The notes under the pieces are model-generated. The model did not search any database, was not told the origin of the DNA, and worked only from the letters and a program-made list of their open reading frames with translations. A stretch of 42,085 bases of DNA from Octopus bimaculoides (Eukaryota): the NCBI RefSeq assembly GCF_001194135.2, contig NC_068985.1, positions 101,751,601 through 101,793,685 of the forward strand, in the 5' to 3' direction. The stretch's first letter is position 1, and each line of letters begins with the position of its first letter. Positions 1-12,631 of the stretch are shown in pieces. The position numbers were made by a program, and so were the translations under genes.

Positions 1-150
1 TATATATATATATATATATATGTGTATATATATGCGTGAGTTAATTATTAATCTTTATAGTTTATAATATCGTTAAAGTTTTTTTTAAATCAAAACTTTG
101 TATATATATATAAAGTTTAACCTTTTATTCTTAATAATTTTTTCTTTCCT

Positions 151-195
151 AATTTTTTCATTCATAATTTTTCCATTCATAATTTTTTCATTCAT
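151..195. repeat. 15-bp AT-rich tandem repeat, 3 copies
   Basis: aattttttcattcat / aatttttccattcat / aattttttcattcat read directly at 151-165, 166-180 and 181-195. Confidence 0.8.
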
Positions 196-1202
196 ATTTT
201 TTATTAATGTGTACGTATAGTCAAACATATGTGATCGTTCTCCTTTGTATCCACAGTGACAACCTTATTGTTTGTCAAACATTTAATACCCTCATCTTAG
301 AAACATTGTTTCACTAACCTTTTGAATTTAGCAGGACATAACACTTTAACCATGTAGAGGCAGCGATCCCGTGCGCTTTGTTCAGTTTTATATTTAACAC
401 TATTCGTACTTGTTAGATTTCTTTTTGATAATCTTACACCCGTGATATACATATACAAATGTCTAAGTATATGAAAATATTCATGATGAAAAGAATAACA
501 TCATATGATACACAATTGCGATTCAAATATATACATAGGTAAATATTTATCATGAAATATTTCTAAGTACGCTGTAGGGTTTCAAACACAGACTTCAGAA
601 GTTAATCAATTATTGATTCTTCCCATTGTGCTATAACAACTGGAACACCATCATGAAATTCACTATTTTCATCATCAACTGCGTCATCCACAACATCAGC
701 ATCTGCGTTGAGTGTTCATTACCATCGTTATCATTGTCATCATCATCATCACCGCAGTCATCATCATTTTCCATATCATCATGTCTGACAGCCACAGTAT
801 TAGTGCACTTAATTACAAGGAATGCAACTTCAAAATGTGTTTTTAACGAAGTAAGTAATATATACTATCGTGGTATCTCTATATTTAATATCCATCTGCC
901 TTTAATTTGACGGACAGTTCTAATTGCAAACGCTATTTTTAATAAAATGCTTGTAGTACTTATGAAAGGAAATGTATTTTAGCAGGCTGTACAGGCTCGC
1001 TAAAGATTGGGTTTAACCAAATAATAAGGTAATCTGCAGTGTCTATTTTGCTTCAGTTTCTGTAAGGAGCTTATATTTTTACACCAATGTAATACATTTT
1101 TGCATCACATTTACAATAATTGACAGCTGTGTTGAATATTTCATTACTGCTAATTAGAATGACAAGCTCGCAAACATCCTACAACCCCCCCACACACACA
1201 CC

Positions 1203-1243
1203 TACATACATACATACATACATACATACATACATACATACAT
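1203..1243. repeat. (TACA)n microsatellite
   Basis: Direct reading. Confidence 0.95.
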
Positions 1244-1303
1244 GTGAGTGTGTCATATATGTATTTAGTTGGAAAGTCCTTTCAAACTTTATACGTGATA
1301 AAA

Positions 1304-1519
1304 GGCGGTGAGCTGGCAGAAAAGTTAGCACGTCTGACGAAATACTTAGCGATAAATCGTCAGTCTTTACGTACTGAGTTCAAATTTCGCCGAGGTTGAC
1401 TTTGCATTTCATCCTTTCGGGGTCAATAAACGAAGTACCAGTTGTGTATTGTGGTCGATCTAGTCGACTGACCTCCACCCGAAATATTTCGGGCCTTGTG
1501 CCTAGAGTAGAAAAGAATT
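1304..1519 (+). mobile_element. tRNA-derived SINE (Meta/MESC-like core), tail type 1, near full length
   Basis: Head ggcggtgagctggcagaaa (A box-like) and gagttcaaatttc (B box-like); core tttcatcctttcggggtcaataaa..gtacc; tail ggccttgtgcctagagtagaaaagaat. Target-site duplication atac[g/c]tgataa at 1291-1301 and 1521-1531. Homologous to copies at 4069, 7431, 15447, 19274 and 22052. Confidence 0.92.
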
Positions 1520-1985
1520 GATACCTGATAAGTTTGCAGAGACTTTTCCAGTACTTACGATAATACAAGCATTAACCTTAACATCCTAACATCTGCTGTT
1601 CTTTCTATGCAGTTTACGTTTTTATTATCATGCTTAGAATCGGACTGATCTCGCCTTTTTAAAGAGAAGTTAGAAGAGACACATAGACATTTTATGCCCT
1701 ATGATTTCAATGCTGCAAAAAATGATTCCTCTGTTTATCGAAAGGATGCTTTATATATCCGGACATGCAAACGTTCATCTAGATTGTTTTGCTCTCGAAA
1801 TATTTTTCCCGATCTGGACAAACAAATTCTGGTAATATTGAATTCCTGAAAACTGCAATCGAGAAAAATCCCAATCAAATTTATAAGAATTATGAAATCA
1901 TTATTCAATTCAATCATAAAACAAATTTATGAACAAAGATAATTCTAAATGCAGTTAATAATTCCTTGAAAATTTGACCCCTTAC

Positions 1986-2249
1986 CAGCTAGCTTGATCA
2001 ATAGTCTGCCCTCTTCTTAGCATTAAGGAGAAAACTTGCCGACAATCATTTCCTCCGAGGAATCATCACCCGTAAAGAAAATGTGAGTTCCCTATGATCA
2101 TATCCAACACAACGATAAAAATTAGAACTCATTGAAAAAGGAAAATTCAAACCCAAAAACGGATCTTCGGAGGCAAAACGTTGTGCTCTGTGCTGGAGTC
2201 AGTTTGTTCAATTAAACCATTAGGGAGACTGCACTTATTTGGCCGTAGA
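1986..2249 (-). other. Candidate non-coding exon (264 bp)
   Basis: Minus-strand acceptor ATCTTTTATCTTTACCTCCTTTCTCTCAATAG|T and donor CTG|GTAAGG. All three frames contain stops. Splice signals only; no expression evidence. Confidence 0.3.
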
Positions 2250-2548
2250 CTATTGAGAGAAAGGAGGTAAAGATAAAAGATTGCGATGCCAATAATATCC
2301 ACTAAACGACATGTTTCTTTCCCGTCGTTAAAGGTAACAGGACTTTCTTTGTAGTATAATTTATTCATACATTATTTGATAGACGTAGGCAAAATGAACG
2401 TAGTAAAAAAACAGTTAGGAAGGATTGATAATATAAAGGAGAGTGAGAATACATGTTTATTGTTTCATGAAATATGTTAGGATTCTCTGAGATGCACCCA
2501 ACCAATACCTCATAGAGCGCTCTATAGTTCAACTGTGTTGAGATATGT

Positions 2549-2848
2549 AGCGGCGTAATGGCTAGCGGTAAGGGCAGCGGACTCGCGGTCATAGGATCAC
2601 GAACGTTGTGAGTGTTTATTAAGCGAAAACACCTAAATCCTGCAGTATTCTTTCACCACAAATTTCTCTCTCTTTCTTCCTGTTTCTGTTATACCTGTAT
2701 TTCAAAGGGACACTTTGACGCACTCTCTGTTACGCTGAATCTTCCCAACAACTTGGATAAGGGTACACGTGTCTGTGGAGTGTTCAGCCATTTGCACGTT
2801 AACTCTTCACGAGCAGGCTGTTCCGTTGGTCGTAACCAACGGAGTGCT
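2549..2848 (+). mobile_element. tRNA-derived SINE (Octopus OR-like, tentative), internally deleted
   Basis: tRNA-like head gcggcgtaatggctagcggtaagggcagcggactcgcggtc with no recognisable B box after it; body ttgtgagtgtttattaagcgaaaacaccta...aagggtacacgtgtctgtggagtg...ttcacgagcaggctgttccgttg...gtcgtaaccaacggagtgc matches my recall of an abundant octopus SINE. The family name is from memory. Confidence 0.8.
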
Positions 2849-2933
2849 ATGAGTTCGGATACATATATGTATAAATGTGTATGTGTACGTGTCCGTGTGA
2901 GAGTGTATTATGTATATATATATATATATATAT

Positions 2934-3256
2934 ATATTTGTGGGCGGGTGCGTGTGAATGTATGTACAACCATGTATATATAGGTCACTGTCCATATGTG
3001 TGTATGTGTATATGGTATGGATTTATTTATTCTTAGTGTGTAGAGATTTTGACGAGCAATACTTTTTGGCATATATATATATGCGTATATGTATAATTGT
3101 TGGCGGGTGCATGTGTGTGTATGTATATGCATGTAGGCATAGCTCACTGTTCATAAGTATGTGTGTGTATGTGTGTGGATGTGCGTGTGTGCTTGTGCGT
3201 GTGTGTATGCTATGGAATTATTTATTTTCGGTGTGTCAAGATTTTGGCGAGCAATT
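2934..3256. repeat. Degenerate tandem duplication (2 units of about 125-165 bp) within TG/TA-rich DNA
   Basis: Both units share ggcgggtgc, g[g/c]tcactgt[c/t]cata, tatgga[t/a]ttatttatt and agattttg[a/g]cgagcaat in the same order (unit ends at 3060 and 3256). Confidence 0.75.
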
Positions 3257-4068
3257 CCTGACTGGAAGCGCAGTTGATCGTATTCCACAGTCATCCGAAT
3301 TATATCTACACTAAAATAATCTGCTAAGCCTCACCCCCGAAATTACTAGCCATGTGCGAAAATTTCAGAACAATGTCATATTGTATTAATCTGCATGCTT
3401 TTCTCGAGCTGCTGTTACTCTACGTAGTGTAGTAACATGACCACTATCATAAAAAAGATTATTGATTCAATTATCACAGATTTTACACCTGAACTAATAA
3501 ATATCAGGGGCGGTCATTAAGTTAAGCTACAGCAGTTTTCAAACCATCGAGTTAACTGTGGCGCAAATTTAGTAAAAAAAATTACATTAAAAATTGCTTT
3601 TGAAAAAAATCTGCCAATAAAAAAATTAAAGAGAATATTTTTATATTTGTAATAAATCAATTAATGTTCGATTAAATCAACCACTACTTCGATCAAGACA
3701 TTGTTTTTCCTTTGTCGTTTGAATAATAGCATTTAGATCAACTGTTTTCGAAAAATTCATTCAAAGCCTACATGTCAAAGGTTGCTAAAGCAATATACAA
3801 ATTATATAAATTTCTATCATTCTGATTTTGAAGGAGTAATGGCTATGATTTCTATTTATATAGCCACAAATTATTTTCCTTTGTTGGATCATAAGCATAT
3901 ATATATATTTTCGCATATGGACAGTATTTTATTTAGTACGTATTACAGTGCTACTTCTTTTATTTATTGTGGGAATGTCCATGAATTCAGGAACGGTTTC
4001 TTTTGGAGAGACGTACGAGCGGTTACTAGGCGAAACTGGATTTAACTCTCAATAATGTGTGTATAAAG

Positions 4069-4270
4069 GGAGACGGTGAACAGGTAGAATCTTTTCGGCA
4101 AAATGCCTTGCGGTATTTCGTTGGTCTTTTCCGTTTGATTTCAAAATACGTTGACTTTGCTTTTCATCCTTCTTGGAACCGTAAAATAAGTACCGTTTGA
4201 GCACTGGGATTGATTTGATCGATTTACCCACATCCACAAAGTTGTTGGCCTTGTGGTAAAAGTTGATATC
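4069..4270 (+). mobile_element. Diverged Meta-core SINE, tail type 3
   Basis: ggcaaaatgccttgcggtatttcg, ttgactttgcttttcatcctt, aaaataagtacc, gcactgggattgat and ggccttgtgg align in order to the copies at 1304 and 7431. Confidence 0.8.
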
Positions 4271-4607
4271 TACACTATGTATAAAAAGTGTATACATACA
4301 GCCTCTTTCTTCCGGCCATTTCACCATATTGCACCGTTAATCTCTACACATGTTTCTCTCTCTCCGTTTTTTCTCTTTTCCATTCACTATCCATTTTCTC
4401 TCTTAGCCCTTTCTTTCGAAAGGCGTAGGTTCCAAACGTAAAATACTTTTCCATTCTTTCTCAGCATTAAAGTAATACACCTGCTTGTTCCTACACTTGT
4501 TTACGTCGTTTTTTTCTGTAAATTTTAACAATAAAGTGTATACATATAAACATTGAAGAGTTCCTTGTGCGTGTGTGTATGTGTGTGTGAATGAATAAAA
4601 TACTTAC

Positions 4608-4712
4608 CAGTAGGTGAATAAGATCTGGAATCAATTCAAACCTTTGACACTTCTTGGTACGAGAGGAATTATTCAGGTGTAGATATTCACATGTTCAGTT
4701 TCTATAGGTGTT
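4608..4712 (-). other. Candidate non-coding exon (105 bp)
   Basis: Minus-strand acceptor TATTTATACTTCTTCCTCAG|A and donor CTG|GTAAGTA, both close to consensus. All three frames contain stops. Confidence 0.35.
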
Positions 4713-4832
4713 CTGAGGAAGAAGTATAAATATTCTGCAGTTTTCCTGACTCAGTATTTCATATATGTATGTGCGTGTGTATGTGTGCGCATGCGTGTGT
4801 CTGTATGTATGTTTGTATATATCTATGTATAA

Positions 4833-4874
<42 letters not shown>

Positions 4875-5733
4875 NNNNNNNNNNNNNNNNNNNNNNNNNN
4901 NNNNNNNNNNNNNNNNNNNNNNNNNNNNNNNNNNNNNNNNNNNNNNNNNNNNNNNNNNNNNNNNNNNNNNNNNNNNNNNNNNNNNNNNNNNNNNNNNNNN
5001 NNNNNNNNNNNNNNNNNNNNNNNNNNNNNNNNNNNNNNNNNNNNNNNNNNNNNNNNNNNNNNNNNNNNNNNNNNNNNNNNNNNNNNNNNNNNNNNNNNNN
5101 NNNNNNNNNNNNNNNNNNNNNNNNNNNNNNNNNNNNNNNNNNNNNNNNNNNNNNNNNNNNNNNNNNNNNNNNNNNNNNNNNNNNNNNNNNNNNNNNNNNN
5201 NNNNNNNNNNNNNNNNNNNNNNNNNNNNNNNNNNNNNNNNNNNNNNNNNNNNNNNNNNNNNNNNNNNNNNNNNNNNNNNNNNNNNNNNNNNNNNNNNNNN
5301 NNNNNNNNNNNNNNNNNNNNNNNNNNNNNNNNNNNNNNNNNNNNNNNNNNNNNNNNNNNNNNNNNNNNNNNNNNNNNNNNNNNNNNNNNNNNNNNNNNNN
5401 NNNNNNNNNNNNNNNNNNNNNNNNNNNNNNNNNNNNNNNNNNNNNNNNNNNNNNNNNNNNNNNNNNNNNNNNNNNNNNNNNNNNNNNNNNNNNNNNNNNN
5501 NNNNNNNNNNNNNNNNNNNNNNNNNNNNNNNNNNNNNNNNNNNNNNNNNNNNNNNNNNNNNNNNNNNNNNNNNNNNNNNNNNNNNNNNNNNNNNNNNNNN
5601 NNNNNNNNNNNNNNNNNNNNNNNNNNNNNNNNNNNNNNNNNNNNNNNNNNNNNNNNNNNNNNNNNNNNNNNNNNNNNNNNNNNNNNNNNNNNNNNNNNNN
5701 NNNNNNNNNNNNNNNNNNNNNNNNNNNNNNNNN
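4875..5733. other. Assembly gap (N), flanked by (TA)n
   Basis: N run. The other gaps are 7122-7232, 8671-8788, 10953-11459, 13305-14151, 16298-16731, 18587-18826, 23180-23861, 24456-24683, 35135-35274 and 40875-41117. Confidence 1.
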
Positions 5734-5760
5734 TATATATATATATATATATATATATGA

Positions 5761-5797
<37 letters not shown>

Positions 5798-6552
5798 GAA
5801 ACGTGACCAGAAAGACACTCAGTAACCATCAGTTGTACATTCATATAAGAACAGGTGTTAGATCTGTTAAATATTGGTCTGGAGTTATCTGCGAGAATAG
5901 CACAACACTTACTAAGAGAAAGACTCGATTGTCTCACTTTCTGGTTAGAACTCAAACGTACATGAGTTTCCATAATATGTTCGTTGTTAATATAAATCAA
6001 TATGTTGTGACTTGCATCATAACAACATTGATTTTAATGGTATACAAACAATATCTGCTGTGAACAATTCTTTGTGATTATATCAGTCTTTTAATTTAAT
6101 TTACCTAGGACGCCAGCATCACAAATATAAATACTCCGAAAATTATAGTTTAGTCTTATCATATAATTTTATACATGAAAATATAGAAATGGTCATGATG
6201 CATTATGTTTCAAATAAACAAACCGATGAAGTTTTTCATGTCATAAAATTACTTTTTCTTTTGTTTTTAAACTCAATTTTTTAAACTAAATTGAGTTTCG
6301 AATTACTCGGCAGCAGCATCAAAACAAGTATGAGAAGAGAGTCACCAAATTAGTTTATGCATATCGATGTCTGGGTCTTGTTGGAATGTTTGTATCATCT
6401 TCTTCAACAGTTAGTAGTAGTTGTGTAAAGCATTTTATTGGAAGAATAAAACAGAACCGAGATAGAATTTTAGTACTGAATCTGAAAATTATTCAAATAC
6501 GAATATATTTGAAAGTCACATCAACAGATCATGTGTTTTGCTTACGTACGTA

Positions 6553-6566
6553 TATACATACATACA

Positions 6567-6633
<67 letters not shown>

Positions 6634-6652
6634 GCTACTACTACTACTACTG

Positions 6653-6725
<73 letters not shown>

Positions 6726-6735
6726 TAATACTATT

Positions 6736-6830
<95 letters not shown>
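6553..6830. repeat. Compound microsatellite (TACA)n-(ACT)n-(AAT)n-(CAT)n-(ATT)n
   Basis: Direct reading. It accounts for the poly-L/T/N/I ORFs between 6386 and 6918. Confidence 0.97.
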
Positions 6831-6831
<1 letters not shown>

Positions 6832-7082
6832 AAAATCACAAAAAAGGCTATGAAACACAGTTACCCCAGGTTTCCAAGACGAAATATCAATTTACTTCAA
6901 CATTTATCAAGTCGGTAAATACAACGAGATGGCTTAATAAATGCGTGAATCGTAACGTGCACTTAATAAATTAAAGAGGGAAACAGCGGGTGGTAGTTAA
7001 CCTCACAGTAAATAGTTGTGCCTTCGGAATATCAAGAACATCAATATGGCCTATTATATACAGAATATACGTGTGTATGACT

Positions 7083-7121
<39 letters not shown>

Positions 7122-7430
7122 NNNNNNNNNNNNNNNNNNNNNNNNNNNNNNNNNNNNNNNNNNNNNNNNNNNNNNNNNNNNNNNNNNNNNNNNNNNNNNN
7201 NNNNNNNNNNNNNNNNNNNNNNNNNNNNNNNNATTAATTGCTCAATGCCATGAGTGGGAATTAGTGACACGACGACAAAAAAAGTTGGTTCTCCCATTAA
7301 AATCTTCCCAGAGCATGCTACATTTTAGTACAAACATTACTGACTCAATTGAAGATGTTTAAGTATTTCGGGACCAATTTAAAAAGCAATAGAGTTTCAT
7401 TCGGGGAGACAACTGCAAGCTAGAATTGAA

Positions 7431-7664
7431 GGTGGCGAGCTAGCAGGATCGTTAGCGCGCCGGGCGAAATGCTTTGCGGTATTTCGTCTGCCGTTACGTT
7501 CCGAGTTCAAATTCCGCCGAGGTCGACTTTGACTTTCATCCTTTCGGGGTCGATAAATTAAGTACCAATTACGCACTGGGGTCGATGTAATCGACTTAAT
7601 CCGTTTGTCTGTCCTTGTTTGTCCCCTCTATGTTTAGCCCCTTGTGTGCAATAAAGAAATAAGA
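7431..7664 (+). mobile_element. Full-length Meta-core SINE, tail type 2, with perfect TSD
   Basis: Head with A box-like and B box-like (gagttcaaattcc) elements; core gactttcatcctttcggggtcgataaattaagtacc; distinct tail aatccgtttgtctgtccttgtttgtcccctctatgtttagccccttgtgtgcaataaagaaataa. TSD agaattgaag at 7422-7431 and 7662-7671. Confidence 0.95.
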
Positions 7665-8237
7665 ATTGAAGACGCCCTAAGAGTATTGTCCCAGATCCAG
7701 GTTAGGTTAGTAATGAATCGAAATTTTCTATTTTCTATTCGATTATCGTGTATTTTCTCACTTCTGGTCACTTATGGTCAGGAATATCGGGCTATGAAAG
7801 AAAGAGCATGACCGTGTATGCAAGTGGCTGAAATTGATTCCTGCGAATGACTTCTTGTTTAAGGTTACTCTACCTTTATTTCTATATATACATATATCTA
7901 TACACATTATTGATTTACTGAAACCAACACGGCAATTTTATGACAGCGTATGTAGCAAATAAAAATGATTATTATAAAACTTATTTATCATTGTTAATGA
8001 TTTGCACCTAAATGCTCAAGTTCTGGGTTACAGTCTCCCATGTTAGTCAATGTGTCCCTCACTCTAATTCATAAATGTTTGACTTCACAATCAATTGCTT
8101 AATATTCAACACATTTGCCAAAATCCTCACACGCACAACCAGGTTGAAAATTTAAAATCGAAAGCTTTTACATTCGAACAAACGCCTTAGTGTCTATTAA
8201 ATTCCCAATCCAAGATATTCCATCCCGTGCTAGTCAA

Positions 8238-8250
8238 CCACCAGAGGGGA
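8238..8250 (+). promoter_or_regulatory. CTCF-like motif CCACCAGAGGGGA (copy 1)
   Basis: Resembles the CCACCAGRGGGCGC core with a mismatched 3' end. The identical 13-mer occurs at 34598-34610. Confidence 0.25.
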
Positions 8251-8788
8251 GACTATTTCTTACACTCACATCCAGGCATTAGTCTTTATGCTTCTATACG
8301 GGGAGAAGTCTTTAGAATTAGTAAAACATTTCGTTCTGAACTAGTGTAAGGTAAATGGTGTGTTGCAATGAAAGCAGAAAGATAAATATGAGATAATTTT
8401 TTTTTTCGGTGGGGAATCTGGGATTCGTTCGAATGGTAATTAGGTAGTGGAGAAATTTGTGATGAAGAGGTTTTGTACAAAATGTTTTATTGATTAAATT
8501 AGGGGATTTTTTTTTGTACAGAACATTTTGTTCAGAAATTTCGATGTTACTTCAATAATGCTCTTCTTAAACAATAATAAAATTGTTCTGTACAAAAATA
8601 TTGAGTAACACTTCAAATTAATGTAAAATTGTTTTTGTTATAACTAAAGATATAAAACACCATTAAAAACNNNNNNNNNNNNNNNNNNNNNNNNNNNNNN
8701 NNNNNNNNNNNNNNNNNNNNNNNNNNNNNNNNNNNNNNNNNNNNNNNNNNNNNNNNNNNNNNNNNNNNNNNNNNNNNNNNNNNNNNNN

Positions 8789-8823
<35 letters not shown>

Positions 8824-8852
8824 ATGTATGTATTTATGTATGAATATAAATA

Positions 8853-8884
<32 letters not shown>

Positions 8885-8898
8885 AATACATATATCCG

Positions 8899-8931
<33 letters not shown>

Positions 8932-9007
8932 TCATGTCTGTCTGTGTATATGTATATAAGTATGTGCGCGCGCACACATACACACACGTGTGTGTGTGTT
9001 TGTGTGT
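8789..9007. repeat. (TA)n/(TG)n compound microsatellite
   Basis: Direct reading. Confidence 0.9.
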
Positions 9008-10704
9008 CCAGAAATTTCAATGAATTTTGTCTATAAGTTTCTGTGCTGAGTTCTTGAGACAATGCTGTAATTAAATGAAAACGATTTATTCTCATTGAAT
9101 ATTTGCTTCTGGAACTTATATTTCAAACAACAAATTAATGTAATTCCTCTATTAGAGAGAAGAAAAATCAAATTAAATGCTATTTCGACTTTTTTCTTCA
9201 GCTATTCTGTTCACACATGTATAATCTCAATTTTTGACGCTAATTTAAATAACCAAAGTGCATTTGATAGCTAGTTGTCTCCGGAATTTAATTAAAATTT
9301 TAATCGATATTTCACCGATTCAAGAATTATGGCCGCACTATAGTTAGCATAGGACATCATTTTTTTTCAAGTTGATTGTTTGAAAGCCAAACAGGACTGC
9401 ATTTGCGATCATCGGAGATTAGTACTGTTAACTAGCATTTGGTTTTATCATTAAAATGCTGAGAGAAAAATAAAACAAAATTTTAAAATTATTTATGGGC
9501 TTGTTTTCAAATTTGTTTTGAATATTTGAACTTTGATCTCTGAAATGAGGAATCATTTGGAAATGTAATTTGAACATAGCACTCTAGAATCTTTTAGCAG
9601 TCAATAAACATGGATGTTAGGTTGAAGTGGAAGTCAAAGATCGAGTCAACAATATCATTCCCTAGTACCAATTTTATGGAAAATATTAATACTCAGAATA
9701 CATGATTCTTAAATTAAGTAAATTACGAATATTTAAATGTATATTATTTTATATGCTGAATTTAAGCTAATTAATTTGAACAGCGTCATAAATTGAATGC
9801 AGTATGAACGAGAAAATAAGTATTCTTCACAAAAATATATGGAAAAGAAGATTTATCGAAATTTTGTTTGACATGAGATGACTCAAGGAAACTTTTCATC
9901 AAATAGCCTATGAATCATTTGCAAAATCTGCATTTGCCTTGAGACATCCTTACTTTGATTATAACCTGTGTTTTATACATTTGTTATGTGTCATTATGCA
10001 GTCCATTGGATTAGAACAATTTTAAATATGTACTGGTTGTAGTAATTTATATAGAAAACAGGGCACATTGGCCGTTTATGAAAACAGCATTTGAATTTCA
10101 AGGAAAAAATATATTAAAATATATCTGGAACGAATGTATGTTAACGAGAGAAAGAGAAACAGACAGGCAGATAGACAGAGAAAGATAAAGAAAGATTAAC
10201 GCTTTGACAGCCGAATTTATAGTAAATGCGAAATACACCAACCATTGAACATAATTCCAAATATTCATAGGCTTTTGAAATGATAATATATCAAATTCAC
10301 TTGTACAGAATCCGTAATATAAGAAGCGAATTTATTAACAGAAATCGAGTAAATTGAAGAGAACATAAATTGCAGATAGGGATTCGAAAATAATCTACGT
10401 TATTTGTGTACTTAAACTGTTTATTAACTGCCGTCAATTGTGATCGGTTAGACACAGGTCTAATGTTTTCTATCAACGACTCATTTGTTTGAGAAAATAA
10501 TGAATGGGGGTGAGCAATGTGAATAAAGGCGTTAGATTATCAGTATCGTCGGATGAAATGCAGAGTGCTTCAGAGGTGAAAAATAGAAGCATACGAATGT
10601 AATATGAATACCCTTGGTCAAACTAAGGGTATGAAAAGACACATTCGGGAAGTAAGAAGTACAAGGGCTATGAATTAAATAAACAACAAATAATATTCTT
10701 TTAT

Positions 10705-11459
10705 TTTTTATTTGTTTCAGTCGTTTGACTGCGGCCATGCTGCAGCACCACCTTAACGGGTTTTAGTCGAACAAATCTACCAAGGACTTATTCTTTGAAA
10801 CATTAGTGTTTGTTCTATCGGTCACTTTTGCCGAACCGCTAATTTACTGGGATACAAGCACGCCAACGTCAGTTGTCAAGCGATCGTGGGGTACAAACAC
10901 AGAGAGAAACACAAAGAGAAACACAAGCACACACACACACACACACACACACNNNNNNNNNNNNNNNNNNNNNNNNNNNNNNNNNNNNNNNNNNNNNNNN
11001 NNNNNNNNNNNNNNNNNNNNNNNNNNNNNNNNNNNNNNNNNNNNNNNNNNNNNNNNNNNNNNNNNNNNNNNNNNNNNNNNNNNNNNNNNNNNNNNNNNNN
11101 NNNNNNNNNNNNNNNNNNNNNNNNNNNNNNNNNNNNNNNNNNNNNNNNNNNNNNNNNNNNNNNNNNNNNNNNNNNNNNNNNNNNNNNNNNNNNNNNNNNN
11201 NNNNNNNNNNNNNNNNNNNNNNNNNNNNNNNNNNNNNNNNNNNNNNNNNNNNNNNNNNNNNNNNNNNNNNNNNNNNNNNNNNNNNNNNNNNNNNNNNNNN
11301 NNNNNNNNNNNNNNNNNNNNNNNNNNNNNNNNNNNNNNNNNNNNNNNNNNNNNNNNNNNNNNNNNNNNNNNNNNNNNNNNNNNNNNNNNNNNNNNNNNNN
11401 NNNNNNNNNNNNNNNNNNNNNNNNNNNNNNNNNNNNNNNNNNNNNNNNNNNNNNNNNNN

Positions 11460-11494
<35 letters not shown>

Positions 11495-11640
11495 CGCTGT
11501 GTCTTCTTTCAGGCTCCGTGTACCAATTCCTCTAACGAAGCATTCGTCAGCCGGAGTCTATAGTAGAAAATACAAATGTCCCAGGTGCCATACACGAGGA
11601 CTGAAACCGGAACTATGATCGCTTTTTACCACATAGCCAG
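10705..11640 (-). mobile_element. Diverged CORE-type tRNA SINE (OK-like, tentative), interrupted by a gap at its internal microsatellite
   Basis: 3' part 10705-10920 (tttgtttcagtcgtttgactgcggccatgc...gttgtcaagcgat) and 5' part 11500-11640 (ctatagtagaaaatac...caggtgcca...ggactgaaaccggaac...ttaccacatagcca) both align to the intact copy at 14905-15319. Confidence 0.85.
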
Positions 11641-12108
11641 ATATATGTAAATATATATGTGTGTGTGTGTATTTATGAATGGTTGTATGTATGTATGTAT
11701 GTATGTATGTATTATACAAACGTACATGCATACTAATACATATGCATAAACAAAGACCCATCCACACGCACATAAATACAGACACACACACATATGAATA
11801 TACGAACAAGTGCACGCGCTTGCGTTTATTTTTTGTGTTGAAGACATGTACGTGTCGTTAACGAAAGTATTTTGAAGACACAAGAAACTCTCGCCATTTC
11901 ATTCTTGAAACAACATGACTGCTAATTTTAGTATCGCTATTGAATAATGAAAAACGAGAATATAATGGAACCTTAATTGAAAGACAAACAGCAATTCTAT
12001 ACATTTCGTCTCTTCCTTCTTTGATCAGAAGCGGTGCGGTGCATGCAGGCTTTCGGAATATGTAAACAAGTCCTTGAAATGGTTACAAATATGTGAGAAA
12101 ATCTTCAA

Positions 12109-12112
<4 letters not shown>

Positions 12113-12191
<79 letters not shown>

Positions 12192-12200
12192 ATCGCTCTC
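12113..12200. repeat. (CT)n microsatellite
   Basis: Direct reading. Confidence 0.95.
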
Positions 12201-12631
12201 TCTTTTACGAGCGATATATATGTGTGGGTATGTGTTTGGGTGAGTGTGTTTGTGCGTGTTGCAAAATTTAAACAGAAGCTCAGTGACTAGCGAAAAGAAA
12301 ATTCACACACGACACATGGATGTAATCTTTCTTCATCGCTTATAATCCAAAATATCATTACATTTCCACGCCTTCAACATTTCTACTGGAGTGAACAACG
12401 AGAAGCTGTTCAGAAAAGCGAAACAATTCTGAGAGCTGCGACGACAAGAAAAACATGACACAAATGTGAATATACAAAAAAAAAGGGACAAAGAAATAGG
12501 CAATATACATGATAATAAAGGCAATGCGGATTGAGAGAAGACGTTGTTTTCTATTAGTAAACCGATGTAAAATGTTTCAAAGAAATTGGACAGATGAAAA
12601 GATAGAATGAAAAGTAAAAAGAAAAATCGGT

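Noticed and set aside
2021-2082. Plus-strand micro-exon candidate (LRRKLADNHFLRGIITRKEN, donor GTGAGT)
   Set aside because: Short, unrecognised peptide with no partner exons, and it overlaps the minus-strand candidate.
2147-2368. 73-aa ORF with a hydrophobic stretch, as a possible small membrane protein
   Set aside because: The hydrophobic part is the translation of a polypyrimidine tract; no recognisable family.
6386-6918. Homopolymeric ORFs (poly-L/I/T/S/N), also at 22923-24043, 28972-29410, 29823-30494 and 39031-39429
   Set aside because: Translations of trinucleotide microsatellites.
9631-9675. VEVEVKDRVNNIIP, cadherin-like (VxVxVxDxNDNxP)
   Set aside because: The DxNDN motif is not matched, a stop follows immediately, and there is no upstream cadherin repeat.
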